A DNA stretch of 60,072 nucleotides, taken from positions 1 to 60,072 of the forward strand of contig JBBRUC010000006.1 in NCBI GenBank assembly GCA_038248205.1. Direction: 5' to 3'. The position numbers and the translations under genes are program-made. Below, in pieces: positions 10,486 through 19,748 of this stretch. Under the pieces are notes generated by a model. That model saw nothing but the letters and a program-made list of their open reading frames with translations, ran no database searches and was not told the DNA's origin. The stretch is from Thermoanaerobaculia bacterium. Its GTDB lineage: Bacteria > Acidobacteriota > Thermoanaerobaculia > Multivoradales > UBA5704. The number at the start of each line of letters is the position of its first letter. Within the stretch, counting starts at the first letter, position 1.

Positions 10486-11175
10486 ATGACTGTTTCTCAC
10501 CGACTTCCCGACCCGCTGCCGATCTTTCCGCTCACCGGTACGCTTCTGCTGCCGGCCAACTGGTTGCCACTCAACGTTTTCGAGTCGCGCTATCTGGCGA
10601 TGGTCGAGGACGCGATGGCCGAAGGGCGGACGATCGGCATGATCCAGCCGTTCGAGGCCCGGCAGGACAATGCACCGCCCGACGAGGTTCTGCTCGAAGA
10701 GATCGAGGACAATCCGCGGCTTTATCGGGTCGGTTGCGCCGGGCGGATCGAGCGTTGCGAGGCGCAGCCGGATGGGCGTTTCATGATCCTGCTGCGCGGC
10801 GTCTCCCGCTTTCGGGTGACCCGCGAGCTGCCGCTTCACCGAGGCTACCGCCGGGTGGTACCGGATTATTCCGGCTTCGCCCGCGACGAGGCGGAGGGGG
10901 CGGTGCTGCTCGATCCGCGCCGCCTGCTCTCGGCGGTGCGCGTTTTCGCTGAACGCCAGGGGCTCGAATTCGACAACGAGGTGCTCGACGCCCTCCCCGG
11001 CATCGCCCTGCTCAATGGTCTCTCGGTCGCCCTGCCGTTCCGCTCGGGCGAAAAGCAGGCGCTGCTCGAAGCCGAAACCCCGGCGGAACGCGAGGAGATG
11101 CTCCTCACCCTACTCGGCATGGGGCTCGACTTCGCCGATCTGGAAGATCGCTACGTTCCGCCGATCCTCAACTGA
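10486..11175 (+). CDS. LON peptidase substrate-binding domain protein (stand-alone)
   Basis: LPIFPLTGTLLLP..LPLNVFESRYLAMV, VGCAGRI and EKQALLEA. Confidence 0.9.
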   Translation: MTVSHRLPDPLPIFPLTGTLLLPANWLPLNVFESRYLAMVEDAMAEGRTIGMIQPFEARQDNAPPDEVLLEEIEDNPRLYRVGCAGRIERCEAQPDGRFMILLRGVSRFRVTRELPLHRGYRRVVPDYSGFARDEAEGAVLLDPRRLLSAVRVFAERQGLEFDNEVLDALPGIALLNGLSVALPFRSGEKQALLEAETPAEREEMLLTLLGMGLDFADLEDRYVPPILN

Positions 11176-11182
11176 GGGGCGC

Positions 11183-12403
11183 ATGGCTCCCGTCCGCCTT
11201 CCCGCCCGGCCCTTGCGGCAAGCCCCCGGTCTCTACCTCCACGTTCCGTTCTGCTCCGCGATCTGCCCGTACTGCGATTTCGCGGTTCGCACCGGAGGTG
11301 CGGAGGCGCGTCGCCGCTTCGTGGCGTCGCTGGTCGCCGAGATCGCCCTCTGGGCCGAATCCGGATGGCGCGGCTTCGACACGATCTACTTCGGTGGCGG
11401 CACCCCCTCCGCTCTTGAGCCTGGCCAGATCGGCGAGATCCTAGAGGCGATCTACGCAACCTTCCCCGAAAGCCGGGCCGCCCGGATCTTCCTCGAAGCG
11501 AACCCGGAAGACGCGAGCCGCGAAAACTTCGCCGCGCTCCGTGCCCTCGGGGTCGCCACCCTCTCGCTCGGGGTCCAAAGTTTCGAACCGTCGGAGCTGG
11601 CCTTTCTCGGCCGCAGGCACGACCCCGGCCAAGCGGAACAAGCGTTTCACCTCGCGCGCGAAGCAGGCTTCGCGACCGTCTCGCTCGACCTGATCTTCGG
11701 CCTGCCCGACCAGACGCCCGCCGCCTGGCGCCGCTCGCTCGAAGCGGCCGTGCGCCTCGGCGCCGACCACATTTCCTGCTATCAGCTGACGATCCACGAG
11801 GGGACGCCGTTCGGCTTCCGCCGCGACCGCGGCGAGCTGGCCGAGATGCCCGAACCGGCCCAGGCCGAGATCTTCCACCTCACCCACCGATTGCTCGGAG
11901 ACGCCGGCTACGAAGGGTACGAGGTCTCGAACTTCGCCCGCGCCCCGGAGCATCGCTCCCGCCACAATCAGAAGTACTGGCGTCACGTCCCCTACTTGGG
12001 GCTAGGTCCCTCCGCCCACTCCTTCGACGGCTCGCGCCGCTGGTGGAACGAGAGGAAGCTCGGCCCCTGGACCGCAAAGATCGGTCAGGGAGATCGCCCG
12101 CTCGCCGATTCCGAAACCCTCACGCCCGAGAACCTGGCCCTCGAAGCCCTGATGCTCCGCCTACGGACGAAAGAGGGCCTCGACCTCAGAGCTTTCCGCG
12201 AGCGCTATGGAGTGGACCTCGAAGCGAAGAATCCCGACCTGATCGAGCGGGCTACAGCAAGCGGGTTGCTGCTTCGGGAAGGGGACAGCCTGAGGCCCAC
12301 GCTCGCCGGTTTTGCGGTAGCCGATGGATTGGCGCGGGATTTTGAGGTAGGGGAGGGGGCGGATCCCCTTTCCCATCAAACAACCATCAAACAACAGGCG
12401 TGA
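11183..12403 (+). CDS. hemW: Radical SAM heme chaperone HemW
   Basis: LYLHVPFCSAICPYCDF (CxxxCxxC), YFGGGTPS, YEVSNFA and HNQKYW. Confidence 0.92.
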   Translation: MAPVRLPARPLRQAPGLYLHVPFCSAICPYCDFAVRTGGAEARRRFVASLVAEIALWAESGWRGFDTIYFGGGTPSALEPGQIGEILEAIYATFPESRAARIFLEANPEDASRENFAALRALGVATLSLGVQSFEPSELAFLGRRHDPGQAEQAFHLAREAGFATVSLDLIFGLPDQTPAAWRRSLEAAVRLGADHISCYQLTIHEGTPFGFRRDRGELAEMPEPAQAEIFHLTHRLLGDAGYEGYEVSNFARAPEHRSRHNQKYWRHVPYLGLGPSAHSFDGSRRWWNERKLGPWTAKIGQGDRPLADSETLTPENLALEALMLRLRTKEGLDLRAFRERYGVDLEAKNPDLIERATASGLLLREGDSLRPTLAGFAVADGLARDFEVGEGADPLSHQTTIKQQA

Positions 12404-12473
12404 CTATAATACATTTACTTTCAGCGGTTTGCAGGCCGTGTCGAGCTTGGAGACGCCAGGAGATGCCGAGGCA

Positions 12474-13752
12474 TCAAACAATCTCCTTCCTGGGCACGGC
12501 CGGGCCGGCCCAATAGGGCAAATAGGTCCGGCTTCTGTTTCCCGCTTCGGGGTCTCGCACCAAGATCACGCCAGCTCCTAGCGCTTCGGCAAGAAGGCGG
12601 GACGCTACCGCGGCGTTCTTTTCAGCTATCCCAAACCGCTCTCGAAGGGAAGTATTCGTCATAGGTTGGCGCACCACGAATCGAAGGCATGCATGCAGAT
12701 AGCAGGCCCTAACCCTCTCCGCTTTGTCCATCGCGGCCAGAGGCTTGTGGGCAAAAAGGATCGCCCTGGTGAATCCGTCCGGTCTCTCGAACAGCAGCGC
12801 CGGAAGCTGGTACAGCTCGACCTGCGCCACGACTTTATCGATTCCGCTGCCACGTTCCTCACAGACGCGAAAACGGCGCATCAGGGAGGCCAGCACTTCG
12901 TTCCGCGATTTCGGCGGAGTATCCACGAACCTCTGAGTGTCCACCAGCGGCTCGCCCGGATTGGTGATCTCGATCCGGTCGTTGAAGATCTCGACCATCG
13001 GTCCGGTTCCAGTGAGGAAGAAGTCCTGGTGAATGAGCGCGTTGGCCACCAATTCACGTACCGCTAGCTCGGGAAACATCGGCACGGATTCGCGTAGAGC
13101 CTGACCGATCACCTCGTTGGTGGGCAGCAGGCCGTTGATATACGCAACCAGGCCTTCGAATCCGCAGGCATAGCCTTTGGCGCCGAGCCTCTCTTTGAGG
13201 GTCTCGACCCGGCTGGTGCCACGGTACTGAATCACGCGCACCGCCTTCCGCTTCAGGGTGCGGAAATCGTCGAACTTTTTCGCGAATAGAACTGCGCCCA
13301 AGTTCGTGATGTTCCAGCCGCCTGCCTCGCAGGGACGGATCAGGTGGTCCTCTCCTAGGCTGGAGAGGATCAGGTCGCGATTTGCAGGGAGCGGTAGTTC
13401 GAGCAGGTCGAAGTAGGCCGGATAGTCCAGCAGTCGGAGCACTTGGTCCTTCCTCTACGCGTTCGAGCGCGATCAGTTCCTCGAACGGGGTCTGGTCGAA
13501 GATCCTCCATAGCTCGCGCTCGCGCTCGGGAGCGTCTTTGAGCGGCTTTTTCACCTCGCCGACGCGAATTAGCTCGTCGCTCCGAAACCGGACCGGATGG
13601 CGGAAGGCACGGCCGATCTCCAGCAAGATGACCGGACGGTCGTCCATGATGATCTCGGCGAAGCGGAAGTGGATTTTCGGTGTGAGCAGGCGGAGCAACC
13701 AAGTTTCCAGAGGCTCGTTACCCAGTTTGATCGCGGTGGGCGAGTCAGGTAC
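12474..13752 (-). pseudogene. AlbA_2 (Schlafen-like)/HATPase_c_4 RecG-C-like protein, 5'-truncated and frameshifted
   Basis: Two overlapping frames (13698-13054 and 13442-12474) join if one G is removed near 13450 (ERVEE-DQVLRLLDY). Motifs RELVANALIHQDF and EERGSGIDK. In-frame TAG at 13753-13755 with no proper N-terminus. Confidence 0.8.
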
Positions 13753-13777
13753 CTAAAGAAAGTTGAGGGGGCGGGCG

Positions 13778-14035
13778 CTAACACGCCGAGGGAGCCGCTA
13801 CCGCAGGCGTTTCGCTATCCTCTTCAGACTCTTGCTCGTCCGTGACTCCGCCCGGCTCCTCCTTCCAGGGCGGCTCGCGCTCGAAAACGCCGTGCGAATA
13901 GAGATGCTGGTCGAGGTCGTTGGTCGCTTGCGCCTGCTCCAGCCAGAGAACCGAGTAGGCCATGACCTCGTCCCACGTCATGTTGCGAAGGTCGAGATCC
14001 TCTTCGCTCAAGAATTCGTCCTGAAGCTGTCTCAT
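13778..14035 (-). CDS. Small acidic hypothetical protein (85 aa)
   Basis: ATG directly after the upstream stop and GAGGA (TGAGGAATG). Strongly D/E-rich. Confidence 0.65.
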   Translation of the reverse strand: MRQLQDEFLSEEDLDLRNMTWDEVMAYSVLWLEQAQATNDLDQHLYSHGVFEREPPWKEEPGGVTDEQESEEDSETPAVAAPSAC

Positions 14036-14038
14036 TCC

Positions 14039-14836
14039 TCAGGTCTCCGATTCGGGCTGGAACGGCAAAACCGCCTCGGCCCGCGAGACCAGTATGGAGT
14101 GAGCTTCGAGCAGAGGTAGTCCGTCGGTCTTGCGCTGAACTTCGGGCCAGATCGCTTCCCACCCCTCCGCGGCTTTGAGGTATCGAGCGAGGCGCTCTTC
14201 GTTTTTCCGCATCAGGGCGCGGCGCTCGCGATCGAGTTCCTGTTCCAGGAGGTCTCTTCCTTCGGCGATCCGTTCGAGCACGGGTCGTCGGGGCAGCATT
14301 TCGGCCCACGCCTCTGGATGCTCTTCGGCCAGACGAATCAGGTCGCGGGCGCTGCGTGAATAGAGGAGCCGTTCGTGAGGATCGGCCATCAAGCGCGCGA
14401 GCTCCCCGACCACGGCGTAATCCTTGTCCCGATTCGTAAGCTTGAGCGCCGCCAGCGGTTCCAAACCGACCACCACGTTGCCGGACGCTTCGGCATCGCT
14501 CCACATTGCGGCCAGAAGGTCCGGGCTGATCCGTGGGGGCCGAGTGACGAAATCGGTTCGCAAACGAATGCGGTCGCTCCGATGCTCTAGATGCGTGCTC
14601 CATCCACCGGCGAGCCAACGCAGGTCAAGAGGGGCTCCAAAGCGATACCAAGCGCGCTTTTCGGCGAGCACGTTCAAAACGTGGCCGGCGGCTTCCGGAT
14701 CGTCTCGCAGGATCCAATCGCCATCCTTGCTCATGACCGCCAAGCGGTGCGCCACCACGGCTTGTCCTGAACTCAGGAGGGCGCGAAGCCGGCCTTGGTT
14801 GAAACCTTCCGTCAGATCAAAGTAGGGATTGCTCAT
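14039..14836 (-). CDS. Nucleotidyltransferase-fold hypothetical protein
   Basis: SGQAVVAHRLAVMSKDGDW resembles the G-x-A...D-x-D motif. LKLTNRDKD resembles the K..R.KD motif of DUF2204/AbiEii-like NTases. Confidence 0.6.
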   Translation of the reverse strand: MSNPYFDLTEGFNQGRLRALLSSGQAVVAHRLAVMSKDGDWILRDDPEAAGHVLNVLAEKRAWYRFGAPLDLRWLAGGWSTHLEHRSDRIRLRTDFVTRPPRISPDLLAAMWSDAEASGNVVVGLEPLAALKLTNRDKDYAVVGELARLMADPHERLLYSRSARDLIRLAEEHPEAWAEMLPRRPVLERIAEGRDLLEQELDRERRALMRKNEERLARYLKAAEGWEAIWPEVQRKTDGLPLLEAHSILVSRAEAVLPFQPESET

Positions 14837-14891
14837 AAACAAAGGGCAGTATAGCGAGCGGATTCGGTGAGAATCCGCCACCTTGGTGCCG

Positions 14892-15371
14892 CTACAGCCA
14901 TCGCCGAACCCGGCGCCGGTAGTCGTCGTAAGCGGTGCCGAATTCCGCGGCGAGATAGTGCTCCTCGCGTCGGATGACTAGCTGGTAGAGGGAAAAGAGC
15001 ACGGCGGGCAGGAGGAGGAGAATCCAGAGATCGTCGGTCAGGATCGCCAATCCGACGTAGACACCGGTGAGCCCCGTGTACATTGGATTACGGGTGAACC
15101 GGTACGGCCCGGCATAGACCAGGCGCGAGGCCGGATGGTGCGGCAGAATCGCCGTGTGGGCTCGGAGGAAGGTGATGAATCCCCAGGCGCCGAGACCGAG
15201 CCCGAGGGCGATCAACGTCCAACCGAGGGCGAAGCGCAAGAGGCCCCACGAGGCGGGAATCCAGCCGACCGGCCACTGCCGGTGGAGCAGGTAACCGAGG
15301 GCAAGCCCTGCGACGAACAGAAACGGCGGCGGGAATTTGACCCCTGGATTCTTCGGCACGGTGGGAGGCAT
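14892..15371 (-). CDS. Isoprenylcysteine carboxyl methyltransferase / PEMT-family membrane protein
   Basis: LVYAGPYRFTRNPMY, EE..L...FG..Y..YRRRVRRWL and hydrophobic helices. Confidence 0.9.
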   Translation of the reverse strand: MPPTVPKNPGVKFPPPFLFVAGLALGYLLHRQWPVGWIPASWGLLRFALGWTLIALGLGLGAWGFITFLRAHTAILPHHPASRLVYAGPYRFTRNPMYTGLTGVYVGLAILTDDLWILLLLPAVLFSLYQLVIRREEHYLAAEFGTAYDDYRRRVRRWL

Positions 15372-15438
15372 TTGGACAGCATCTTCTCTTGGCGGCGGCG
15401 TTTTTGCCAACCCGGGGCGTGTTAGCTTCTGGGCGACC

Positions 15439-16866
15439 ATGGCCACCTCACCCCTTACCTCCGGCCTCTCTTCCCCCGTCCACATCATCGGCGGCGGCTT
15501 CGCCGGTTCCGAATGCGCCTGGCAGCTCGCCGAGCGGGGGGTCTCGGTGGTGCTTCACGAGATGCGCCCGGTGCGGTCCACCCCGGCGCACAAGACGCCC
15601 GATTTTGCCGAGCTGGTGTGCAGCAACTCGCTGCGGAGCGACGACCCGCTCCACGCCGCCGGATTGCTCAAGCGGGAGATGGAGGCGTTTGGGTCGCTGA
15701 TCATCGGCTCGGCGCGGCAAGCGGCGGTGCCGGCGGGAAGCGCCCTCGCGGTCGATCGCGACCGCTTTGCGGGAATCGTCACCGCCGCGCTTTCCACCCA
15801 TCCGAAGATAGAGATCCGGCGCGAAGAGGTGCTCACCCTGCCGGCCGATGGCGAGACCACGGTGATCGCCACCGGGCCGCTCACTTCCGACGCGCTCACC
15901 GCGGCGCTCCAAGGCCTGTTGGGCAAAGACGAACTCTACTTCTACGACGCGATCGCGCCGATCGTCGAGTCCGAAAGTCTCGATCTGGACAAACTGTTCT
16001 GGCAGTCCCGCTACGGCAAAGGCGATGGCGACGACTACCTGAACGCGCCGATGACCGAAGAGGAGTACCTGGCCTTCCACCGCGCGGTGAGCGAGGCCGA
16101 GGTGATGCTGCCGCACGATTTCGAGAAGGCGGTCTTCTTCGAAGGGTGCCTGCCGATTGAGGAGCTGGCCCGCCGTGGCCTGGACACGCTGCGCTACGGG
16201 CCGATGAAGCCGGTCGGATTGACCGCGCCGGACGGCCGCCGCCCCTGGGCGGTGGTCCAATTGCGGCAGGAGAATCTGGCCAAGAGCCAGTTCAATCTGG
16301 TCGGCTTCCAGTCGCGGATGAAGTGGGGTGATCAAGACCGGGTGCTACGCACCATCCCCGGGCTCGAAAACGCCAAGTTCGTCCGCTTCGGCCAGATCCA
16401 CCGCAATACCTTCCTCAACTCGCCCACCCACCTCGACCGCTGGTATCGCTTGAAGGCCGCCCCCCATCTACGCCTGGCGGGGCAGATCACCGGCGTCGAG
16501 GGGTACCTTGAGTCGGCAGCCACGGGTCTCGCGATCGGGCTCTACCTCGCGCTCGAACGCCTCGTCGGCTCACCGCCCGAGCCGTTTCCCGCCACCACCG
16601 CGCTCGGCGCCCTGGTGCGCCACCTGATCGAATCCGACCCGAAGCACTTCCAGCCCGCCAACATCAACTACGGCCTGTTCGAAGAGCTGCCCCGGCGGGT
16701 AAAAAAGACCGATAAGCGAGCGGCCCTGGCCGATCGGGCGCACACGGCCCTGGCCGATTGGGCCGCTCGGCACCAACTCGCGTTCGACCGCGACAAGCTC
16801 GAAGGCGGCCTGGTTCCAACTCCAAGCGCCGCCGTCCCCAGCACCCCCGGCCCATGCGTCCCCTGA
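15439..16866 (+). CDS. trmFO: Methylenetetrahydrofolate-tRNA-(uracil-5)-methyltransferase TrmFO
   Basis: IIGGGFAGSECAWQ, AELVCSNSL, FYDAIAPI, GPMKPVGL and AGQITGVEGY. Confidence 0.97.
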   Translation: MATSPLTSGLSSPVHIIGGGFAGSECAWQLAERGVSVVLHEMRPVRSTPAHKTPDFAELVCSNSLRSDDPLHAAGLLKREMEAFGSLIIGSARQAAVPAGSALAVDRDRFAGIVTAALSTHPKIEIRREEVLTLPADGETTVIATGPLTSDALTAALQGLLGKDELYFYDAIAPIVESESLDLDKLFWQSRYGKGDGDDYLNAPMTEEEYLAFHRAVSEAEVMLPHDFEKAVFFEGCLPIEELARRGLDTLRYGPMKPVGLTAPDGRRPWAVVQLRQENLAKSQFNLVGFQSRMKWGDQDRVLRTIPGLENAKFVRFGQIHRNTFLNSPTHLDRWYRLKAAPHLRLAGQITGVEGYLESAATGLAIGLYLALERLVGSPPEPFPATTALGALVRHLIESDPKHFQPANINYGLFEELPRRVKKTDKRAALADRAHTALADWAARHQLAFDRDKLEGGLVPTPSAAVPSTPGPCVP

Positions 16867-17786
16867 TCCAACGCTGGCTCGAACACCTGGACGGCGAGAG
16901 GGCGCTCTCGCCGCACACGCTGCGGGCCTACGAGGGGGATCTGGTCGGTTTCCTCGCGTTTCTCTCCGAGGATTTCCTCTCCAAAGACCCGAAGACGATC
17001 GATCCCACCGAGGTCGACCCCCAAGCGATCCGCTCGTTTCTCGCCGCGCAGACGAAGCGGGGCCTCGGCCGCCGAAGCCAGGGCCGGGCGCTCGCCGCCG
17101 TGCGGGGATTCTTCCGCTGGCTGGCGCGGGAGGGGATCGTCGCGGCCAATCCCGCCCAAGGGGTGCGTACGCCGAAGGCGCCGAAGACGCTTCCTCGCCA
17201 CCTGCGCCCGGGGGAGATCGAAAGCCTGCTCGCGGCGCCCGACCTTACGACGCTTTTCGGCCATCGCGACCGGGCGATGCTGGAGCTGTTCTACGCGACC
17301 GGCCTGCGGGTGGGCGAGATGGTGAGCCTCGACTGGAGCGACCTCGACCTTTCGGCCCGCACGTTGCGGGTGATCGGCAAGGGGAACAAGGAACGGATGG
17401 TGCCGTTCAACCGGGCGGCCGAAAGCGCGCTGCGCGACTGGCTCGCCCGCTGGGAGCCGCTCGCCGACCCGGCCCGCGTGGCGAACGATCCGTCCGATGC
17501 CGAGCCGGTGTTCCTAAACGCCCGCGGCCGACGGATCTCCGACCGCGACGTCCGCCGCCTCCTCGATCGCCACGTCGCCGCCGCTTCGCTGGCCGCCGGG
17601 GTTCATCCCCACACCCTCCGCCACACCTTCGCTACCCACCTGCTCGAAAACGGCGCCGACCTCCGTTCGATCCAAGAGCTGCTGGGTCACAGCTCGCTGT
17701 CCACGACGCAGAAGTACACCCACATCGAGATCGACCGGCTGTTGAACGTCTACCGGGAGTCGCATCCCCGGGCGCGGAAGGGATAG
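16854..17786 (+). CDS. xerC: Tyrosine recombinase XerC
   Basis: TGLRVGE, GKGNKER, HPHTLRHTFATHLL, LLGH and TQKYTH. Canonical position after trmFO. Confidence 0.93.
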   Translation: MRPLIQRWLEHLDGERALSPHTLRAYEGDLVGFLAFLSEDFLSKDPKTIDPTEVDPQAIRSFLAAQTKRGLGRRSQGRALAAVRGFFRWLAREGIVAANPAQGVRTPKAPKTLPRHLRPGEIESLLAAPDLTTLFGHRDRAMLELFYATGLRVGEMVSLDWSDLDLSARTLRVIGKGNKERMVPFNRAAESALRDWLARWEPLADPARVANDPSDAEPVFLNARGRRISDRDVRRLLDRHVAAASLAAGVHPHTLRHTFATHLLENGADLRSIQELLGHSSLSTTQKYTHIEIDRLLNVYRESHPRARKG

Positions 17787-17979
17787 GCCGGGCTTCGCCG
17801 ATCTGCCGCCCTGCGAGGCGCATCTCGCGGCTCGGACCCGGGGACGGAGTGCCGCTCTCCTTGTCCCGAATTCCAGCATGCCGCGCACATCATCTATTTC
17901 TGAGACCCCAGCTTTTTCACCGAACGATGAGCTTCCCTCATGGCGAGGGAGGGTGTGGCGCTACCTAGAGGAGAAGTAG

Positions 17980-18180
17980 ATGAAGAAGAAGCTCCGTTTG
18001 AGCCGTGAGACCCTCAGCGTTTTGCAACTTCGGCACTCGTCCGGCGGCCGTCCGCCTGCCACCTACAACAATTGCTCCAACAGCTGCGAGGAAACTTGCA
18101 TGGCGCAGGGGACCTGCCAGGTCGGTTTCTGCTACACGAACGGCTGCCCCTTCACGTTCCCCTGCGGCAGCGAAATCTAG
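17980..18180 (+). CDS. Cys-rich RiPP-precursor-like peptide (66 aa)
   Basis: Strong RBS (GAGGAG). Basic leader MKKKLRLSRETL, a GG motif, then a core with 7 Cys and many Ser/Thr/Asn. Confidence 0.8.
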   Translation: MKKKLRLSRETLSVLQLRHSSGGRPPATYNNCSNSCEETCMAQGTCQVGFCYTNGCPFTFPCGSEI

Positions 18181-18373
18181 TACAACCGATCCTCGGATTC
18201 CCCCGCGGGAGTTCTCGCCTTGGCGAGCCCCCGCGGGTCTCTGAAGACCCCTATGCTAGACTCGCCCACGCTTTGAACGACGACCCTCCGAGTTCGCACC
18301 ACGCTGTCCGGTCGCGCAGCAGCCTGCGCCGGATGAGCCCGATTCCGCGCGTTTCGCCCGCCCCTTGTTCTCG

Positions 18374-19741
18374 ATGACCCCCCTACTGATCGCAGCGGGC
18401 GTACCCGCAGAGGCCGGTTTCATCGCGCCTTGGACGGGGTTCTTCCTTGCCTTGGTCCTGATCGTGCTCAACGGCTTCTTCGTCGCCGCCGAGTTTGCTC
18501 TGGTCAAGGTGCGGCCAACCCAGATCGAGCCGCATACCGGGCCGGGGCGCCGGGCGGGCAACGTCGCGGCGCACATGATCAAGCACCTGGACGCTTATCT
18601 CTCGGCGACCCAGCTCGGCATCACGCTCACCAGCCTCGCGCTCGGCTGGATCGGCGAGCCGGCCTTCGCCTGGATCGTCACCCCCTTGATTGAAGCGATC
18701 ACCGGCGGAGCCAACCCGGCGCTCGTCCACTCGGCGGGCGTCTCCCTCGCGTTTCTAATCATCACCGTCCTGCACATCGTGCTCGGCGAGTTGGCGCCGA
18801 AATCGATCGCGATCCGCAAGTCCGAGTCGACGACCCTGTTCATCGCCTGGCCGCTGTTCGCGTTCTACAAGGTCACCTACCCGGCGATCTGGCTGCTCAA
18901 CCTATCGGCGAACGCCCTGCTCAAACTGGTCGGAATCCAGCCGGTGTCGGAAGGCGAGCTGGCGCACGACGAGGCGGAGCTACGGCTGCTGCTGTCCGGT
19001 CCGCAGGCGGGGGATCTGTCGCACCAGAAGCGCGAGCTGCTCGACAACATCTTCGAGCTGTCGCACCGGGTGGCGCGGCAGATCATGGTGCCGCGCGGCG
19101 ACGTGATCTACCTTTCGACCGAGCGGTCGCTGGAGGAAAACCTGCGCATCGCGCGGCGCTCCGGCCACACCCGCTTTCCGCTCTGCAAGGGCGATCTCGA
19201 TCACCCGATCGCGATCGTCCACATCAAGGACATCTTCCGTGCCGACCGGCCGCTCGCGAAGCTCCAAGACATCGCGCGGCCGATCGTCTTCGTCCCCGAG
19301 ACGCTGGAACTCGATCGCCTGCTCAAGCGGATGCGCGCCGAGAAGTTCCACCTCGCGGCGGTGATGGACGAATACGGCGGGGTCTCGGGCGTGGTCACGC
19401 TCGAAAACGTGATCGAGGAGATCGTCGGCGAGATCCAGGACGAGTTCGATCGCGATCCTGCGGAGTTCGAAGGGCTCGCGGGAAGCGACGGCGTCTACCA
19501 CGTCTCCGGCGCGATGCTGGTCGAAGATCTCGAAGACGAGCTGGATCTGGAGCTGTCGGAGCGCGACGAGGACACGATAGGCGGCGTCGTGCTGTCCGAG
19601 CTGGGCCGTGTGCCGGAAGTCGGCGATTCGGTGGAGCTGGGGCCGCTGCTGCTCGAAGTCGTGGCGATCGACGGGCATCGCGTAAAGACCTTGCGGGTCA
19701 CCGTGCGGTCCGAGCCGGCGGCGGGAACCGCCGAGACCTAG
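18374..19741 (+). CDS. HlyC/CorC (CNNM-CBS-CorC) family protein
   Basis: NGFFVAAEFALV, QLGIT, GELAPK, HTRFP and DEYGGVSGVVTLE. Confidence 0.95.
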   Translation: MTPLLIAAGVPAEAGFIAPWTGFFLALVLIVLNGFFVAAEFALVKVRPTQIEPHTGPGRRAGNVAAHMIKHLDAYLSATQLGITLTSLALGWIGEPAFAWIVTPLIEAITGGANPALVHSAGVSLAFLIITVLHIVLGELAPKSIAIRKSESTTLFIAWPLFAFYKVTYPAIWLLNLSANALLKLVGIQPVSEGELAHDEAELRLLLSGPQAGDLSHQKRELLDNIFELSHRVARQIMVPRGDVIYLSTERSLEENLRIARRSGHTRFPLCKGDLDHPIAIVHIKDIFRADRPLAKLQDIARPIVFVPETLELDRLLKRMRAEKFHLAAVMDEYGGVSGVVTLENVIEEIVGEIQDEFDRDPAEFEGLAGSDGVYHVSGAMLVEDLEDELDLELSERDEDTIGGVVLSELGRVPEVGDSVELGPLLLEVVAIDGHRVKTLRVTVRSEPAAGTAET

Positions 19742-19748
19742 ACCGACG

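Noticed and set aside
11183-12403. Radical SAM enzyme as maturase for the Cys-rich peptides
   Set aside because: It has HemW signatures (HNxxYW, YEVSN) and no SPASM or RRE domain.
16854-17786. Tyrosine recombinase as a mobile-element integrase
   Set aside because: Sequence and trmFO linkage fit housekeeping XerC. No att sites or phage genes were seen.
18195-18240. GC-rich imperfect hairpin after the first peptide gene
   Set aside because: The stem is bulged and there is no T-tract, so it cannot be called a terminator or ncRNA.
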